Below, piece by piece: positions 1 through 9,981 of a stretch of 54,116 bases of DNA. The notes under the pieces were generated by a model. The model had not been told where the DNA came from. It ran no database searches and saw only the letters and a program-made list of their open reading frames with translations. The position numbers and the translations under genes are program-made. The first letter of the stretch is position 1. Each line of letters begins with the position of its first letter. Origin of the DNA: Deltaproteobacteria bacterium (lineage in GTDB: Bacteria > UBA10199 > GCA-002796325 > JACPFF01); assembly GCA_016183125.1 (NCBI GenBank), contig JACPFG010000043.1:1-54116 (forward strand). The letters run 5' to 3'.

Positions 1-1068
1 GAGGAAAAAAAGAAAGAGCAAGAAAAGGGGACCGGGGGAAAAAGCTTTTTGAATCCGGAGGCGTATGCCGCCACCTGTAACGATGCCGTCAGCGCCCTGG
101 TCGGGTGTTTAAGCACCGAGCAGGAGGCATGCGGCGGCGGAGGTGAAATCATTACGGGAGACAAAGTCGGCGAGACGGTTGACGGCTCCACGAGCAAGGC
201 GGGGGATGGATGCGACAATTCCTCCCTTTGCGAAAAGAAGTTAGCTCCCGTGGCGGGGGGACTCGGCATGCCCGCGCCGGATGGTGGCGGATTAGCGGGC
301 CTATGCAAAAAAAAGGAAAAGGGGGGAATCCCCGTCATCGCCCAGGAATGGATTATCGATTGGGGTCCGGAAGGGAAACCGGGGGGCGGACCGAAGGGGA
401 AGCCCTGTGATGCGTCTGTCGTCTGTACCGAGATAATGTGCCCGGAGGGGACCCAATGCGTGGCCACGCCGCTAACTGCCGATACAGAGAGCAGAAGAGG
501 AGGTCATATGCCGGATCCTGTGGCACCGAAAGACTACGAGGCTCGCGCAGACATTAATAGGGATGGCATCCTCGATCTGATCCGGGTGAGGTATCCCATT
601 ATGACAAAGAGGCCGATCGGTGCGCCCGTAAAGGGCAAACGAACGTGGTTTGAGGTCCCTGCGTTAAAAACGGATGTATTCGTTGTCCGGCCGGACAATC
701 CGGCGCAACAGGAACCCCTGCAGATGTTTGCAGAGTGCGCCTTCAATGATTGGATGGAGCGGTTCCAGAAGAACGGTTGGAGAGTCATGGGATATCCCTG
801 GATTTTTTCGGCGCGTGAGATCCCGTTTTGTGATCAACGCGATCTCCAGATAAAGCGCTGCTTTTCGGTTGGCGGGGAGGTGTCGTATGCCGGCCGGCGT
901 GAGGTGATCCGTGGATTTCGTGTCTTCATTGCAACCAATTTGCTTGAGGGCCGGTTTGGGTCTCAGCAAGAAGATCCGACCGTGACCGTAAGTCCGGTTG
1001 AGGCCATCTTTGACGGCTGCCGCTATGTGATCTTGAGCGACCTCGCGCCGGTCGGCACCGAGAGATAA
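1..1068 (+). CDS. Hypothetical Cys/Gly-rich protein; 5' end lies outside the window
   Basis: The frame of the listed 49..1068 ORF stays open back to nt 1 (EEKKKEQEKGTGGKSF...), so the gene is truncated by the window edge. Gly/Cys/Pro-rich N-part, globular C-part, no recognisable catalytic motif. Confidence 0.45.
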   Translation, partial: EEKKKEQEKGTGGKSFLNPEAYAATCNDAVSALVGCLSTEQEACGGGGEIITGDKVGETVDGSTSKAGDGCDNSSLCEKKLAPVAGGLGMPAPDGGGLAGLCKKKEKGGIPVIAQEWIIDWGPEGKPGGGPKGKPCDASVVCTEIMCPEGTQCVATPLTADTESRRGGHMPDPVAPKDYEARADINRDGILDLIRVRYPIMTKRPIGAPVKGKRTWFEVPALKTDVFVVRPDNPAQQEPLQMFAECAFNDWMERFQKNGWRVMGYPWIFSAREIPFCDQRDLQIKRCFSVGGEVSYAGRREVIRGFRVFIATNLLEGRFGSQQEDPTVTVSPVEAIFDGCRYVILSDLAPVGTER

Positions 1069-1253
1069 CAGCGATTTTTATTTTCTTGTATCGTCACTTC
1101 TGGGCGGGAAACGTCCCCTTCATTAATGAGGGTCATCGTGGAACCGAGTGGGTAAATTGGGTGGGTTGATGGTCCGGTAAGTCTTGTGGGACGTGGTTAA
1201 GAAAAGAATTGAATGGGTCTAAAAACTTGTCATAAACAAGGGATGCGAATTTT

Positions 1254-1290
1254 ATCCCCCCCCTTTGAAAAAGGGGGGGCGAGGGGGGAT
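1254..1290. repeat. C-run/G-run palindromic element, left copy flanking the DUF559 gene
   Basis: ATCCCCCCCC-TTTGAAAAA-GGGGGGG-CGA-GGGGGGAT. The C-run and first G-run can pair as a hairpin. Ends 8 nt before the DUF559 ATG. Confidence 0.8.
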
Positions 1291-1298
1291 TTGATCTC

Positions 1299-1676
1299 AT
1301 GCTCCCATACGATGCCAAATTGAAACAGTATTCACGACTTCTGAGAAGCAAAATGACGGATAGTGAGCACAAGTTGTGGTCTCGGCTTCGCAAAAAACAG
1401 ATTTTGGATGTTCCATTTTATCGTCAGAAACCCATCGGACAATACATCGTGGATTTTTATGCTCCAAAAACAGCCCTTGTTGTTGAGGTGGATGGTTCAC
1501 AACATTTTGGAGAGGGGCAGATCAAGAAAGACAAACAGCGTGATGAGTATCTGCGTGACCAGGGGCTAACCGTGTTGCGTTTTGATAATTTACAGGTGTT
1601 GCAAGAGATTGATGGAGTCATGGAAGCCATCTTTCAGGTTGTGACAGAGCGGTTGGCTGGGAAAAATCCCCCCTGA
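1299..1676 (+). CDS. DUF559 domain protein (Vsr-like / PD-(D/E)XK endonuclease fold)
   Basis: 125-aa ORF with the typical DUF559 pattern: MTDSEHKLWSRLR...FYRQKPIGQYIVDFYAP...LVVEVDGSQH...DKQRDEYLRDQGLTVLRF. Confidence 0.85.
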   Translation: MLPYDAKLKQYSRLLRSKMTDSEHKLWSRLRKKQILDVPFYRQKPIGQYIVDFYAPKTALVVEVDGSQHFGEGQIKKDKQRDEYLRDQGLTVLRFDNLQVLQEIDGVMEAIFQVVTERLAGKNPP

Positions 1677-1697
1677 CCCCCCTTTTTCAAAGGGGGG
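1666..1697. repeat. C-run/G-run palindromic element, right copy (inverted relative to 1254-1290)
   Basis: ATCCCCCC-TGA-CCCCCC-TTTTTCAAA-GGGGGG is the near-perfect reverse complement of the left copy. It encodes the last codons (NPP) and the TGA stop of the DUF559 ORF. Confidence 0.8.
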
Positions 1698-1797
1698 AAA
1701 ACTTCATAGGCCCGCCATGTTACCCACTCGGAAACGCGAAGACCCATTAATGATTTTCCTTGCTGCCAGCGGGCTCGCTGGTAGATAAGGAGGTGCC

Positions 1798-2899
1798 ATG
1801 AGCAGAGAACTGAGCGATCTGTACACCCGGCTGACCGATCAACTAGCGGCCCTGCGGAGGCATCTTTGACGTCGCGGGGAAGCAGGCGCGCATCCAATCA
1901 TTAGAGATTGAGACCCATCAGGCCGACTTTTGGAACAATGCCGAGCGCGCCAGGCGCGTAGGCAAGGAGCTGACCCAGCTTCAGGCGGAGGTGCGTCGGT
2001 TCGCGACCCAGGAGCGGGTATTGGCGGATGTGCGCGCCATCCTCGATCTTTTGCGCGATGATGACGATCCCGATCTGGCCGCGGAGGCCGGACGGCATCT
2101 CGACGGTGTGCAGGCCGAACTTGCGGCGATGGAGTTCGAGCGGATGCTTTCCGGACCGCACGACTTTAACAGCGCAATCTTATCGATAAACGCGGGGGCA
2201 GGCGGGACCGAGGCATGCGACTGGTCGGAGATCCTGTTGCGGATGTACCGACGCTGGGCGGAGGCAAGGGGGATGGCAACGCAGGTAGTCGATTTCACCG
2301 CGGGGGAGGGGGCCGGTTTTCGCAGCGTTACCATGACCGTGGAGGGTCCATATGCCTATGGCCACCTAAGGGCCGAGATAGGTGTCCATCGGCTCGTGCG
2401 AATCTCCCCGTTCGACGCCAACAAGCGACGGCATACCTCTTTCGCCTCGGTCTTCGTCTTGCCGGACATAGAGGACGAGGTCGTCATCGATGTGAAAGAG
2501 GCGGACCTACGGGTCGACACCTTCCGTTCAGGCGGCGCGGGGGGGCAGAAGGTGAACAAGACCGATTCCGCCGTGCGGCTAACGCATCTGCCCACCGGGA
2601 TTGTGGTGGCCTGCCAGAACGAGCGCTCGCAGCACAAGAACCGGGCGATGGCGATGAAGCTCCTCAAGGCAAAACTGTACGAAGCGGAGATGGAGAAGAA
2701 GAGGAGGGAACGAGCGGCCGTCGAGGCAACGAAGGCGGACATCGCGTGGGGTTCACAAATCCGTTCGTATGTGTTACAGCCGTATCAACTGGTGAAGGAT
2801 CATAGGACCGGTTACGAGGTGGGCAACGTCCAGGCAATCCTCGATGGAGGTCTGGACGAGTTGATCAGGCGATATCTGCTGCATAGCGCAGGGGCATAG
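1798..2899 (+). CDS. prfB: Peptide chain release factor 2, requires programmed +1 ribosomal frameshift
   Basis: ATG at 1798 opens frame 0 (MSRELSDLYTRLTDQLAALRRHL), which stops at TGA 1867-1869. The +1 frame from 1868 reads DVAGKQARIQSLE...DFWNNAERA... and runs into the listed 1991..2899 ORF. That ORF carries SPF (RISPFDANKRRHTSF) and GGQ (SGGAGGQKVNKT). Confidence 0.93.
1856..1870 (+). promoter_or_regulatory. RF2 autoregulatory +1 frameshift site (internal SD + CTT TGA C)
   Basis: GGAGG (1856-1860), 3-nt spacer, CTT (1864-1866), TGA (1867-1869), C. Same layout as the E. coli prfB recoding site. Confidence 0.9.
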
Positions 2900-2919
2900 G
2901 TGAAAATGATCGGGAGCGG

Positions 2920-4392
2920 ATGATGGCAGAGACGAAAGCGGGACCGACTGACGAATATTACGCCCAACGCCTGCAAAAGGCTGAGCGGTTGCGCAAGCTC
3001 GGACGAAATCCATACGCCAACGATTTTCGGCCCACACATACAGCGGCTCAGATCCACGCCATGTGGAGCGACCGGACAGGGGCGGCGCTGGAGGCGGAAT
3101 CGGTGGCCGTCGCAATTGCCGGCCGCGTCGTAGCCGTGCGGGCCTTCGGCAAGGCGGCGTTTTTAAAGTGTCAAGACCGCACCGGATCCATTCAGCTCTA
3201 TATACAGCGCGACGTCCTTTCGGTTGCCGACTATGAGATATACGAGTGTCTCGACCTTGGAGATATCGTCTCTGTCAAGGGCGTCCTCTTTCGGACGAAG
3301 ACGAATGAGTTGACGATCCGCGCTGGGCCGTTTGCTATCGTCACCAAGGCGCTTCGACCGCTGCCGGAGAAATGGCACGGACTGGCGGATGTCGAGACCC
3401 GCTACCGGCAACGTTATCTCGATCTGATAGCCAATCCCGGCGTTCGGGAGGCCTTTCAGACACGCGCGAGAATTCTTGAGGCCATTCGCGCTTATTTTCA
3501 TGAGCAGGACTATCTAGAGGTCGAGACGCCGATGATGCATCCGATCCCCGGCGGGGCGGCGGCCCGTCCGTTCGTGACCCATCACAACGCCCTTGACTGC
3601 GATCTCTATCTGCGGGTGGCCCCGGAACTTTATCTTAAGCGGCTCGTGGTGGGGGGGATGGAGCGGGTCTTCGAGATCAACCGCAATTTTCGCAACGAGG
3701 GGATATCGACACAGCACAATCCGGAATTCACGATGGTCGAGTGGTACGAGAGCTATGCCACGTTCGAAGAGCAGATGCGGCATACGGAGGCGGTCATCGC
3801 GTATGTCTGTAAGTCCGTGCTCGGGACGACGACTGTTGAGTATCAGGGGACCGTGCTTAATTTTACGCCGCCGTTTGCGCGCTATCGGATGATCGATGCC
3901 GTTGGGCGGATAGGCAATGTGCCCGAGGCCGAGTTGTGCAAGACAAGTGGCATTGCGCTCGTGGAACTTTTCGAGCGGCTGGTTCAGCCAAAACTGATCC
4001 AGCCTACATTTATCACGCACTATCCGGTGGAGGTCTCACCGTTAGCACGGCGAAACGCTGACGATCCGTCGGTCACCGACCGATTCGAATTGATCGTCTA
4101 CGGCCGCGAGATCGGAAATGCCTTTTCCGAACTCAACGATCCCGTAGATCAGGCAGAGCGATTACGTCAGCAGGCGGAGGCCAAGACCAAGGGGGACGAA
4201 GAGGCGATGTTTTACGATGCGGATTTCGTAACGGCGCTTGAGCATGGGATGCCGCCTACTGCCGGGGCGTCGCTCGGCATCGATCGGCTGGTGATGCTGC
4301 TGACGAACGCCCCGTCCATCCGGGATGTCATCTTGTTTCCGCTACTCCGCCCGGAACAGGTAGAGTGTCGACCCGCAACACCTACGCCATGA
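2920..4392 (+). CDS. lysS: Lysyl-tRNA synthetase, class II
   Basis: 490-aa ORF with class II LysRS-type sequence (RYRQRYLDLI, ETPMMHPIPGGAAARPF, FRNEGISTQHNPEFTMVEWY, GIDRLVMLLT). Directly downstream of prfB, as in the E. coli prfB-lysS operon. Confidence 0.95.
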   Translation: MMAETKAGPTDEYYAQRLQKAERLRKLGRNPYANDFRPTHTAAQIHAMWSDRTGAALEAESVAVAIAGRVVAVRAFGKAAFLKCQDRTGSIQLYIQRDVLSVADYEIYECLDLGDIVSVKGVLFRTKTNELTIRAGPFAIVTKALRPLPEKWHGLADVETRYRQRYLDLIANPGVREAFQTRARILEAIRAYFHEQDYLEVETPMMHPIPGGAAARPFVTHHNALDCDLYLRVAPELYLKRLVVGGMERVFEINRNFRNEGISTQHNPEFTMVEWYESYATFEEQMRHTEAVIAYVCKSVLGTTTVEYQGTVLNFTPPFARYRMIDAVGRIGNVPEAELCKTSGIALVELFERLVQPKLIQPTFITHYPVEVSPLARRNADDPSVTDRFELIVYGREIGNAFSELNDPVDQAERLRQQAEAKTKGDEEAMFYDADFVTALEHGMPPTAGASLGIDRLVMLLTNAPSIRDVILFPLLRPEQVECRPATPTP

Positions 4393-5630
4393 TCGGTTTT
4401 CCAGGCGCGAATCTGTGCGGGCTGGCGCGCCGATGGATCTGGCCTCGACGCCAATATCTCTTTGCCCGCTTTCTTACGCTTACAGCGATTGCAGGAGTGG
4501 GTATTAGCGTCTTTGCCATGACGCTGGTGTTGGCCGTCATGGGGGGATTTCGGACCGAGCTGGAGCGAAAGCTGCTAGGTATAGCGCCGCATCTGACCAT
4601 TACTCCGACCGGGGAGGATCCGGCTACCATCGATACCATCGCGCATGCCGTGGCCTCTTCGGTAGAAGACCCGGGCGCCGCGGAGCTCTTCCGGATGGTA
4701 GAGGGGGAGGCTATCATCCAGCGTGCCGTCGGTGCCGGCTTTTCGGATCAGGGGGTCAAGATCCGGGGGGTCGATACTGCGCAATACCGTCGCTGGCCTA
4801 CGGCCAATGTCTGGACACGGGAAGTATCTGGAGCGAGCGGGCCGACGGTTCTGCTCGGCAGCGAGCTCTATCTGAATCTCGGCATCGGCATAGATCCCTC
4901 CGAAACGGTTAGGCTAATCGCGCCGCTTGGCATGCTGACACCCGCCGGTGAGCTTGCCCCGATCGTGCGCGAGTATACGGTCACCGGATGGCTCCGCACA
5001 GGTTTCTTCGAGCAGGATACAAAGCTAGTGATCATGCCGGCAGATGAGGCCGAGCGGTTGCTTGGGCTTCAGTCGGTTTCGCGCTGGGTCGTCTATCTTA
5101 ACCGGCCGATGCGTGCCGGCTCTGTCGCGGCGGCAGTGCAAGCCAGGCTGGCGGGCCATGCCGAGGTCGCCAGCTGGGAGGGACAGAATCGCAGGCTTTT
5201 GAACGCACTGCGACTGGAGCGGATCGTGATGACCGTAATCCTCCTCTTGATGGTTTTGATCGCCACCGCAGGCATCTGCGGGGTTGTCTTTCTACACGTG
5301 GCCTGGCGGCAACGCGATCTGGCCATCCTTTGGGCGATCGGCGCACCGGGATGGTTCCTGGTCAGATTGGTGCTACAAGTCGGGGCCTGTATTGGCGGCC
5401 TGGGGAGCCTGTGCGGATTGGCCGGCGCGGGCATAGCCGGAGTGTGGTTGGCGCGCCATCCGATCAGGCTGCCGGCAACCTTCTATCTGGATCATCTTCC
5501 GGTCGAATGGCATGGGCTGCGCTGCGCCGCGATCGGTCTGGCCGGTATCATGTTGGCCGTTGCCGCGGCGGTCGTCCCTGCTTGGCGGCTGCGCCGCTTT
5601 TCGCCTACCGAGGCGCTGCGATATGAATAG
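4389..5630 (+). CDS. LolC/LolE-family lipoprotein-release ABC permease (FtsX-like)
   Basis: N-terminal ARRWIWPRRQYLFARFLTLTAIAGVGISVFAMTLVLAVMGGFRTELERKLLG pattern, periplasmic domain, C-terminal FtsX-type helices. ATG at 4389 overlaps the lysS TGA (ATGA); the listed ORF start at 4365 is in the same frame. Confidence 0.8.
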   Translation: MIGFPGANLCGLARRWIWPRRQYLFARFLTLTAIAGVGISVFAMTLVLAVMGGFRTELERKLLGIAPHLTITPTGEDPATIDTIAHAVASSVEDPGAAELFRMVEGEAIIQRAVGAGFSDQGVKIRGVDTAQYRRWPTANVWTREVSGASGPTVLLGSELYLNLGIGIDPSETVRLIAPLGMLTPAGELAPIVREYTVTGWLRTGFFEQDTKLVIMPADEAERLLGLQSVSRWVVYLNRPMRAGSVAAAVQARLAGHAEVASWEGQNRRLLNALRLERIVMTVILLLMVLIATAGICGVVFLHVAWRQRDLAILWAIGAPGWFLVRLVLQVGACIGGLGSLCGLAGAGIAGVWLARHPIRLPATFYLDHLPVEWHGLRCAAIGLAGIMLAVAAAVVPAWRLRRFSPTEALRYE

Positions 5631-7044
5631 CCACCGCACCATGCTCGGCCTGACTATTGGCGGGGTCGCCATAGCGGTTGCGACGTTGCTGACAACGATG
5701 GCGATAGTCGACGGATTCGGCGCCGCCTATGAACGGGCCCTCCTAAGTTTTGGGGCGCACATCGTGATAATGCGTGAGACGGAATTTGCGCAACCGGACG
5801 AGCATGCCCACCTGCGTGAGCTAGTTGAGGCAGGTCTGAGTGCTCCGGGGCAGACCGCACCGCTGTCTGCCAGGCATCTGACACGGTGGAGGGATTGGGG
5901 CGCATGGGGGATAGGGCGCTACGGCGAGCTACAAGTGCGCTGTCGGGAGTGGCCGGTAATAGGCAGTCTCCTAACGATCCTCGATCCGGTGCCGCTGGTC
6001 CACTCCGTCCTGGCGGCCGACCGGATTCCGGTGATGGTGTGGCAGGCCATCAGGCATTCCTTGCTCATCGCAGGTCGCGGCGTTACGGCAGCCGCTCCAT
6101 TTCTCTATCGGGAGGGGTTGCTAGTAGGCGCGGGCCAGATTCGCGGCGTGGTAGTGAAGGGGGTGCCGCCGGAAGCGATGAGCGATGTCTGGCCGGTTAG
6201 GTTGATCGGAGTAGAATCGGGCGCGCTTAGCGCCGTATTGGGGTCACCTGCGGCTGGCGAGCCGTTGCCGGTGCTGATAGGCAATGCGTTCGGGGTGGCA
6301 GTCGATACCGAACTTAAGCTCTTTTTGCCGCGTGCCGGTAAGGAGGGGGCGTCACCGACAAGGGATTTCGTTTCCGCGCGGGTAGTAGGGCTCTTCGAAT
6401 CGGGCCTGCACGATTACGATTCGCAATTCATCCTGGTCGGCCTGCCGGCCCTACAGAAGGCCCTCGGTCTTTCAGACCGGATTACAGGAGTCGAGTTGCG
6501 GCTCGACGACCCGGCTAAAGCACCTTGGGTCGCTTCGCAGCTATCGCAGCGCGCCTCCGCCGACATTACGGTCCTCCCCTGGCAAGAGATGCACCGCTCG
6601 CTCTTCGAGGCGATCGGTGTGGAACGACTCCTCTTCGGGTTGATCATGGGGATCTTGGTAATAGTCGCTGCAGTCAACCTCCTCTCGACCGTTTGTCTGC
6701 ATCTGCTAAAGGAATACCGCTCCGTGGCCGTCTTGCGAGCAATAGGTCTATCCGGTCGGCAGGCTCGCCGACGCTATTTTTGGGAGGCGATGCGGACCAG
6801 CGGCTACGGGGTGGGGCTCGGCGCGTTACTGGGCGGTGGACTCGTCTGGAGTCTCATTCGTTGGCGGTGGATCCCTATACCGGCAGAGGTCTATTTCCTC
6901 TCTCACCTGCCGGTAACCATCTCGCGTGTCAGCTTTGGCTGTGTGCTTGGGTTTGCGGTTCTTGTCTGCGCCGCGGCCGCCCGGCATGCCGCGCGCAAGG
7001 TGAGCGAGCTGCCGCTGCTGGAAGGATTGGGCCGTTCCCATTAA
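5623..7044 (+). CDS. Second LolC/LolE-like FtsX-family ABC permease with enlarged periplasmic domain
   Basis: ATG at 5623 (MNSHRTMLGLTIGGVAIAVATLLTTMAIVDGFGAAYE...) overlaps the upstream stop. C-terminal FtsX-type TM helices (LFGLIMGILVIVAAVNLLSTV...). The listed start at 5512 lies inside the upstream gene. Confidence 0.72.
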   Translation: MNSHRTMLGLTIGGVAIAVATLLTTMAIVDGFGAAYERALLSFGAHIVIMRETEFAQPDEHAHLRELVEAGLSAPGQTAPLSARHLTRWRDWGAWGIGRYGELQVRCREWPVIGSLLTILDPVPLVHSVLAADRIPVMVWQAIRHSLLIAGRGVTAAAPFLYREGLLVGAGQIRGVVVKGVPPEAMSDVWPVRLIGVESGALSAVLGSPAAGEPLPVLIGNAFGVAVDTELKLFLPRAGKEGASPTRDFVSARVVGLFESGLHDYDSQFILVGLPALQKALGLSDRITGVELRLDDPAKAPWVASQLSQRASADITVLPWQEMHRSLFEAIGVERLLFGLIMGILVIVAAVNLLSTVCLHLLKEYRSVAVLRAIGLSGRQARRRYFWEAMRTSGYGVGLGALLGGGLVWSLIRWRWIPIPAEVYFLSHLPVTISRVSFGCVLGFAVLVCAAAARHAARKVSELPLLEGLGRSH

Positions 7045-7098
7045 AGACGGAGGTTTTTCTTGATCTCCGCGCAGAATCTTGCCTAAGTAGCGGGTTCC

Positions 7099-7776
7099 AT
7101 GCCGTTTTTGCTCGCTCGGGGGATTCATAAGGGATATCAGGACAACGGCCAGCATCTGCCGGTATTGCGCGGGCTCGATCTTGCGGTTGAACGGGGGGAA
7201 TTTTTGACGATCTTCGGCGCCTCCGGTTCTGGCAAATCGACCCTTCTCCATCTCCTGGGCGCCCTAGATCGGCCGACGGCAGGGGAGGTGCATTACGACG
7301 GTAAGGAGCTATATCGTCAAAATGACGCAGCCCTGGCGCGCTTCCGTAACAGACAGGTCGGGTTCGTTTTCCAGTTTTATCACCTGCTGCCCGAACTGAC
7401 GGCGCTGGAAAACGTGATGTTACCGGCCCTGATCGGAGGGCGGTCCCGCCGGGAGGCGGCTACGAGTGCGCGCGAGATCTTAAGCGATATCGGGTTGGCC
7501 AACCGCGCGACGCATCGTCCGCGCGAGCTCTCCGGGGGCGAACAGCAGCGTGTGGCCCTGGCCAGGGCATTAGTCCAGCGGCCGCCGCTATTGTTGGCGG
7601 ACGAACCAACGGGCAATCTGGACGAGGCAAGCGGGCGTCTGGTGATGGAATTGCTGACCGAATGCTGGAGGACCCGTGGTATGACGGTGATTATGGTGAC
7701 GCACAATCCTGATCTTATCCGCGCGGCGTCGCGCAGATCCGAACTGAAGGGCGGAGTCCTGCATGAACCGATGTAA
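7099..7776 (+). CDS. lolD: Lipoprotein-releasing system ABC ATP-binding protein
   Basis: Walker A GASGSGKST, signature LSGGEQQRVALARAL, Walker B LLLADEPTGNLD, LolD/MacB-type FVFQFYHLLPELTALENV. Follows the two permease genes. Confidence 0.85.
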   Translation: MPFLLARGIHKGYQDNGQHLPVLRGLDLAVERGEFLTIFGASGSGKSTLLHLLGALDRPTAGEVHYDGKELYRQNDAALARFRNRQVGFVFQFYHLLPELTALENVMLPALIGGRSRREAATSAREILSDIGLANRATHRPRELSGGEQQRVALARALVQRPPLLLADEPTGNLDEASGRLVMELLTECWRTRGMTVIMVTHNPDLIRAASRRSELKGGVLHEPM

Positions 7777-9954
7777 CCATTTAGCCGTCACGGGATTGTT
7801 GATGGCCGCGAGTTGGTTGGGAGCCGTAGCGCCTGCCTCCAATGCGTCGGCAGGGCCTGTAATACGCGCCATAGAGGTGCGTGGGAACACCGTTACGCCG
7901 ACGGAGACGGTCCTGGCCACCATTCGGAGCAAGGTGGGTCAGCCGTTCGTGCGCGAATGGATAGACGGCGATATCAAGCTCCTCTACCAACTGGGTCAGT
8001 TTGCCGACATCAGGGTCGAACGCTTGTCGGCGGCAGGAGGCGTCAAACTCGTCTACCACGTGACGGAAAAACCGACGATAACGGCAGTGCGGTTCGAGGG
8101 GAACAAGAAGATCAAGGCCAAGGAGCTGGAGGAAGAGGTGAGCGTCCGCCCGTTTCGCCCGTTAAGCGAGCAGGCCCTGGCAGACTCGGTACAGAAGATC
8201 CTGGCGCTGTATGCCAAGAAGGGCTACCACTTAGCGGAGGTCGATTACGCGTTACGCCCTGTCGCAGAAGGCCACGAGATCGTTTTCGAAATTAAGGAGC
8301 ATTATAAATCTGCCGTGCGGCGAATCCAGTTCGTCGGCAACCATGCCTTTAGCGATCGCGAACTTAAGAAGCTGCTCCGCACGAAGGAGAAGGGGGCCTT
8401 TCCGTTCCGAAGCGGTAAATACCGGGAGGAACTGCTGGAACAAGATGTCGCCCACCTGATGTACCACTATCTAAACCACGGCTATCTTCGGGCACGCGTC
8501 GATACGCCGCGCGTCGATATCAGCAAGGACCGGCGGCATATCTTTATCACCTATGCCGTCGAAGAAGGGAAAGCATACCGCATATCCGACGTCCGCGTGG
8601 AGGGGGAGATACTGACGACACCGGAGGAGATGAGAGCTCGCCTTAAGACCAAGCCCAAGATGCTCTATACCCATTCGATCGTTGAAGAGGACCTCCGGAT
8701 GTTGACCGAGTGGTATGGGACTGAAGGCTACGCCTATGCAAATATTCAACCGGTCCCGATCCCTGATGACGAGGCGGGCACCGCGGAGATGGTCTTTTCC
8801 ATCAGCAAGGGTAAAAGGGTCTCGATCGAGCGGATAACGATAACGGGCAATACGACTACACGTGACAAGGTCATCCGGCGGGAGCTTAAAATAAAAGAGG
8901 GGGACCTCTTCAACCGGCGACTGATAGAGGAGAGCAGGGAACGGCTGATGCAGTTAGGCTTTTTCGAGGAGGTCCGGTTCGCGGCCCCTAGAGGCTCTAG
9001 GGACGACCGGGCCAATCTCCAGATCGAGGTCAAGGAGCGGCCCACCGGCGCGTTTAATCTGGGGGCTGGATTTTCTACGGCCGAGAGCTTCTTTTTCACC
9101 GGTTCGATCCAGAAGCAGTATTTCTTCGGGCGTGGGCTGTCCGGTCAGCTGTCGGTGGAGATCAGCAAGTTGCGCCAGCAGTATATAGCGCAGGTCACCG
9201 ATCCTTACTTTCTCGATTCCGGATGGATCCTCAGCGTATCTAGTTCGAGAACTATCTATCGCTACCCAGATTACGATCGCCGCGCCTTCGGCGGGTCTGT
9301 CTCGCTGGGCCACAGACTCTTCGAGCACGCGGCCGTGAATTTGGGCTATCAGATGGAGAAGGTGCGAGCGACCGATTTTAGCTTTGCGGTGCCGGAGCTC
9401 TTTCGGCAAAACGCCAGCGGGCTAACTTCCGGGATGGAGGGGACAACGATTTTTACCGCATCAACTACTTGGCAAGATTCTACCAACCGATCAAATGGGG
9501 GTTTGTGACAAAGCTCTTTGGCCGCGTCGGCTATATCAAGAGCCTGGGCAACCGTTCGGTGCCTCTATTCGAGCGGTTCTTCATGGGCGGGCCTAACTCC
9601 CTTCGCGGTTTTGATCTATGGACTGTGGGGCCGCGCCTGCGGATCGCATCGGGACCGGCCGGCGGCGATGTCGATTTCGTCTACGGCGGGAACAAGATGT
9701 TGCAACTAAACTGGGAGTTGGAGGCGCCGCTTTACGGACCGGGCGGACTCAAGGTCGTTACTTTTATCGACGCCGGCAACGCCTTCGCCGAGGAGGAGGG
9801 GATCAACTTAAAATCGCTGCGGGCCAACTACGGGGCGGGGATCAGGTGGATCTCCCCATTGGGACCGCTCCGGTTCGAATGGGGATTTCCCTTCAAACGG
9901 CGTCCGGGCGAATCGAAAGTCGTATTCAACTTCACGATCGGCGAATTTTTCTAA
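7763..9954 (+). pseudogene. bamA: Outer-membrane protein assembly factor BamA, reading frame broken near 9427-9508 (true pseudogene or assembly indel)
   Basis: ORF 7763..9508 carries a signal peptide, POTRA-like repeats (VIRAIEVRGN, ITAVRFEGNKK, VRRIQFVGNHAF, ISDVRVEGE, IERITITGNTTTRDKVIRREL) and the start of the barrel. ORF 9469..9954, in another frame, carries the barrel end (ERFFMGGPNSLRGFD ... IRWISPLGPLRFEWGFPF). The downstream frame is open from 9427 and reads LRDGGDNDFYRINYLARFYQP. Confidence 0.85.
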
Positions 9955-9981
9955 CAGGATGTCAGCAGCATCCTAATAACG

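Noticed and set aside
296-340. A8/G6 tract (GCAAAAAAAAGGAAAAGGGGGGAATCCCC) as a further copy of the C-run/G-run element
   Set aside because: It lacks the C-run arm and the second G-run. It resembles the element only in the GGGGGGAAT stretch, which is most simply coding sequence for CKKKEKGGIP.
9956-9974. Hairpin AGGATG-TCAGCAG-CATCCT after bamA as a rho-independent terminator
   Set aside because: The stem is only 6 bp and no T-tract follows. rpoH starts 8 nt later. The evidence is too weak to annotate.
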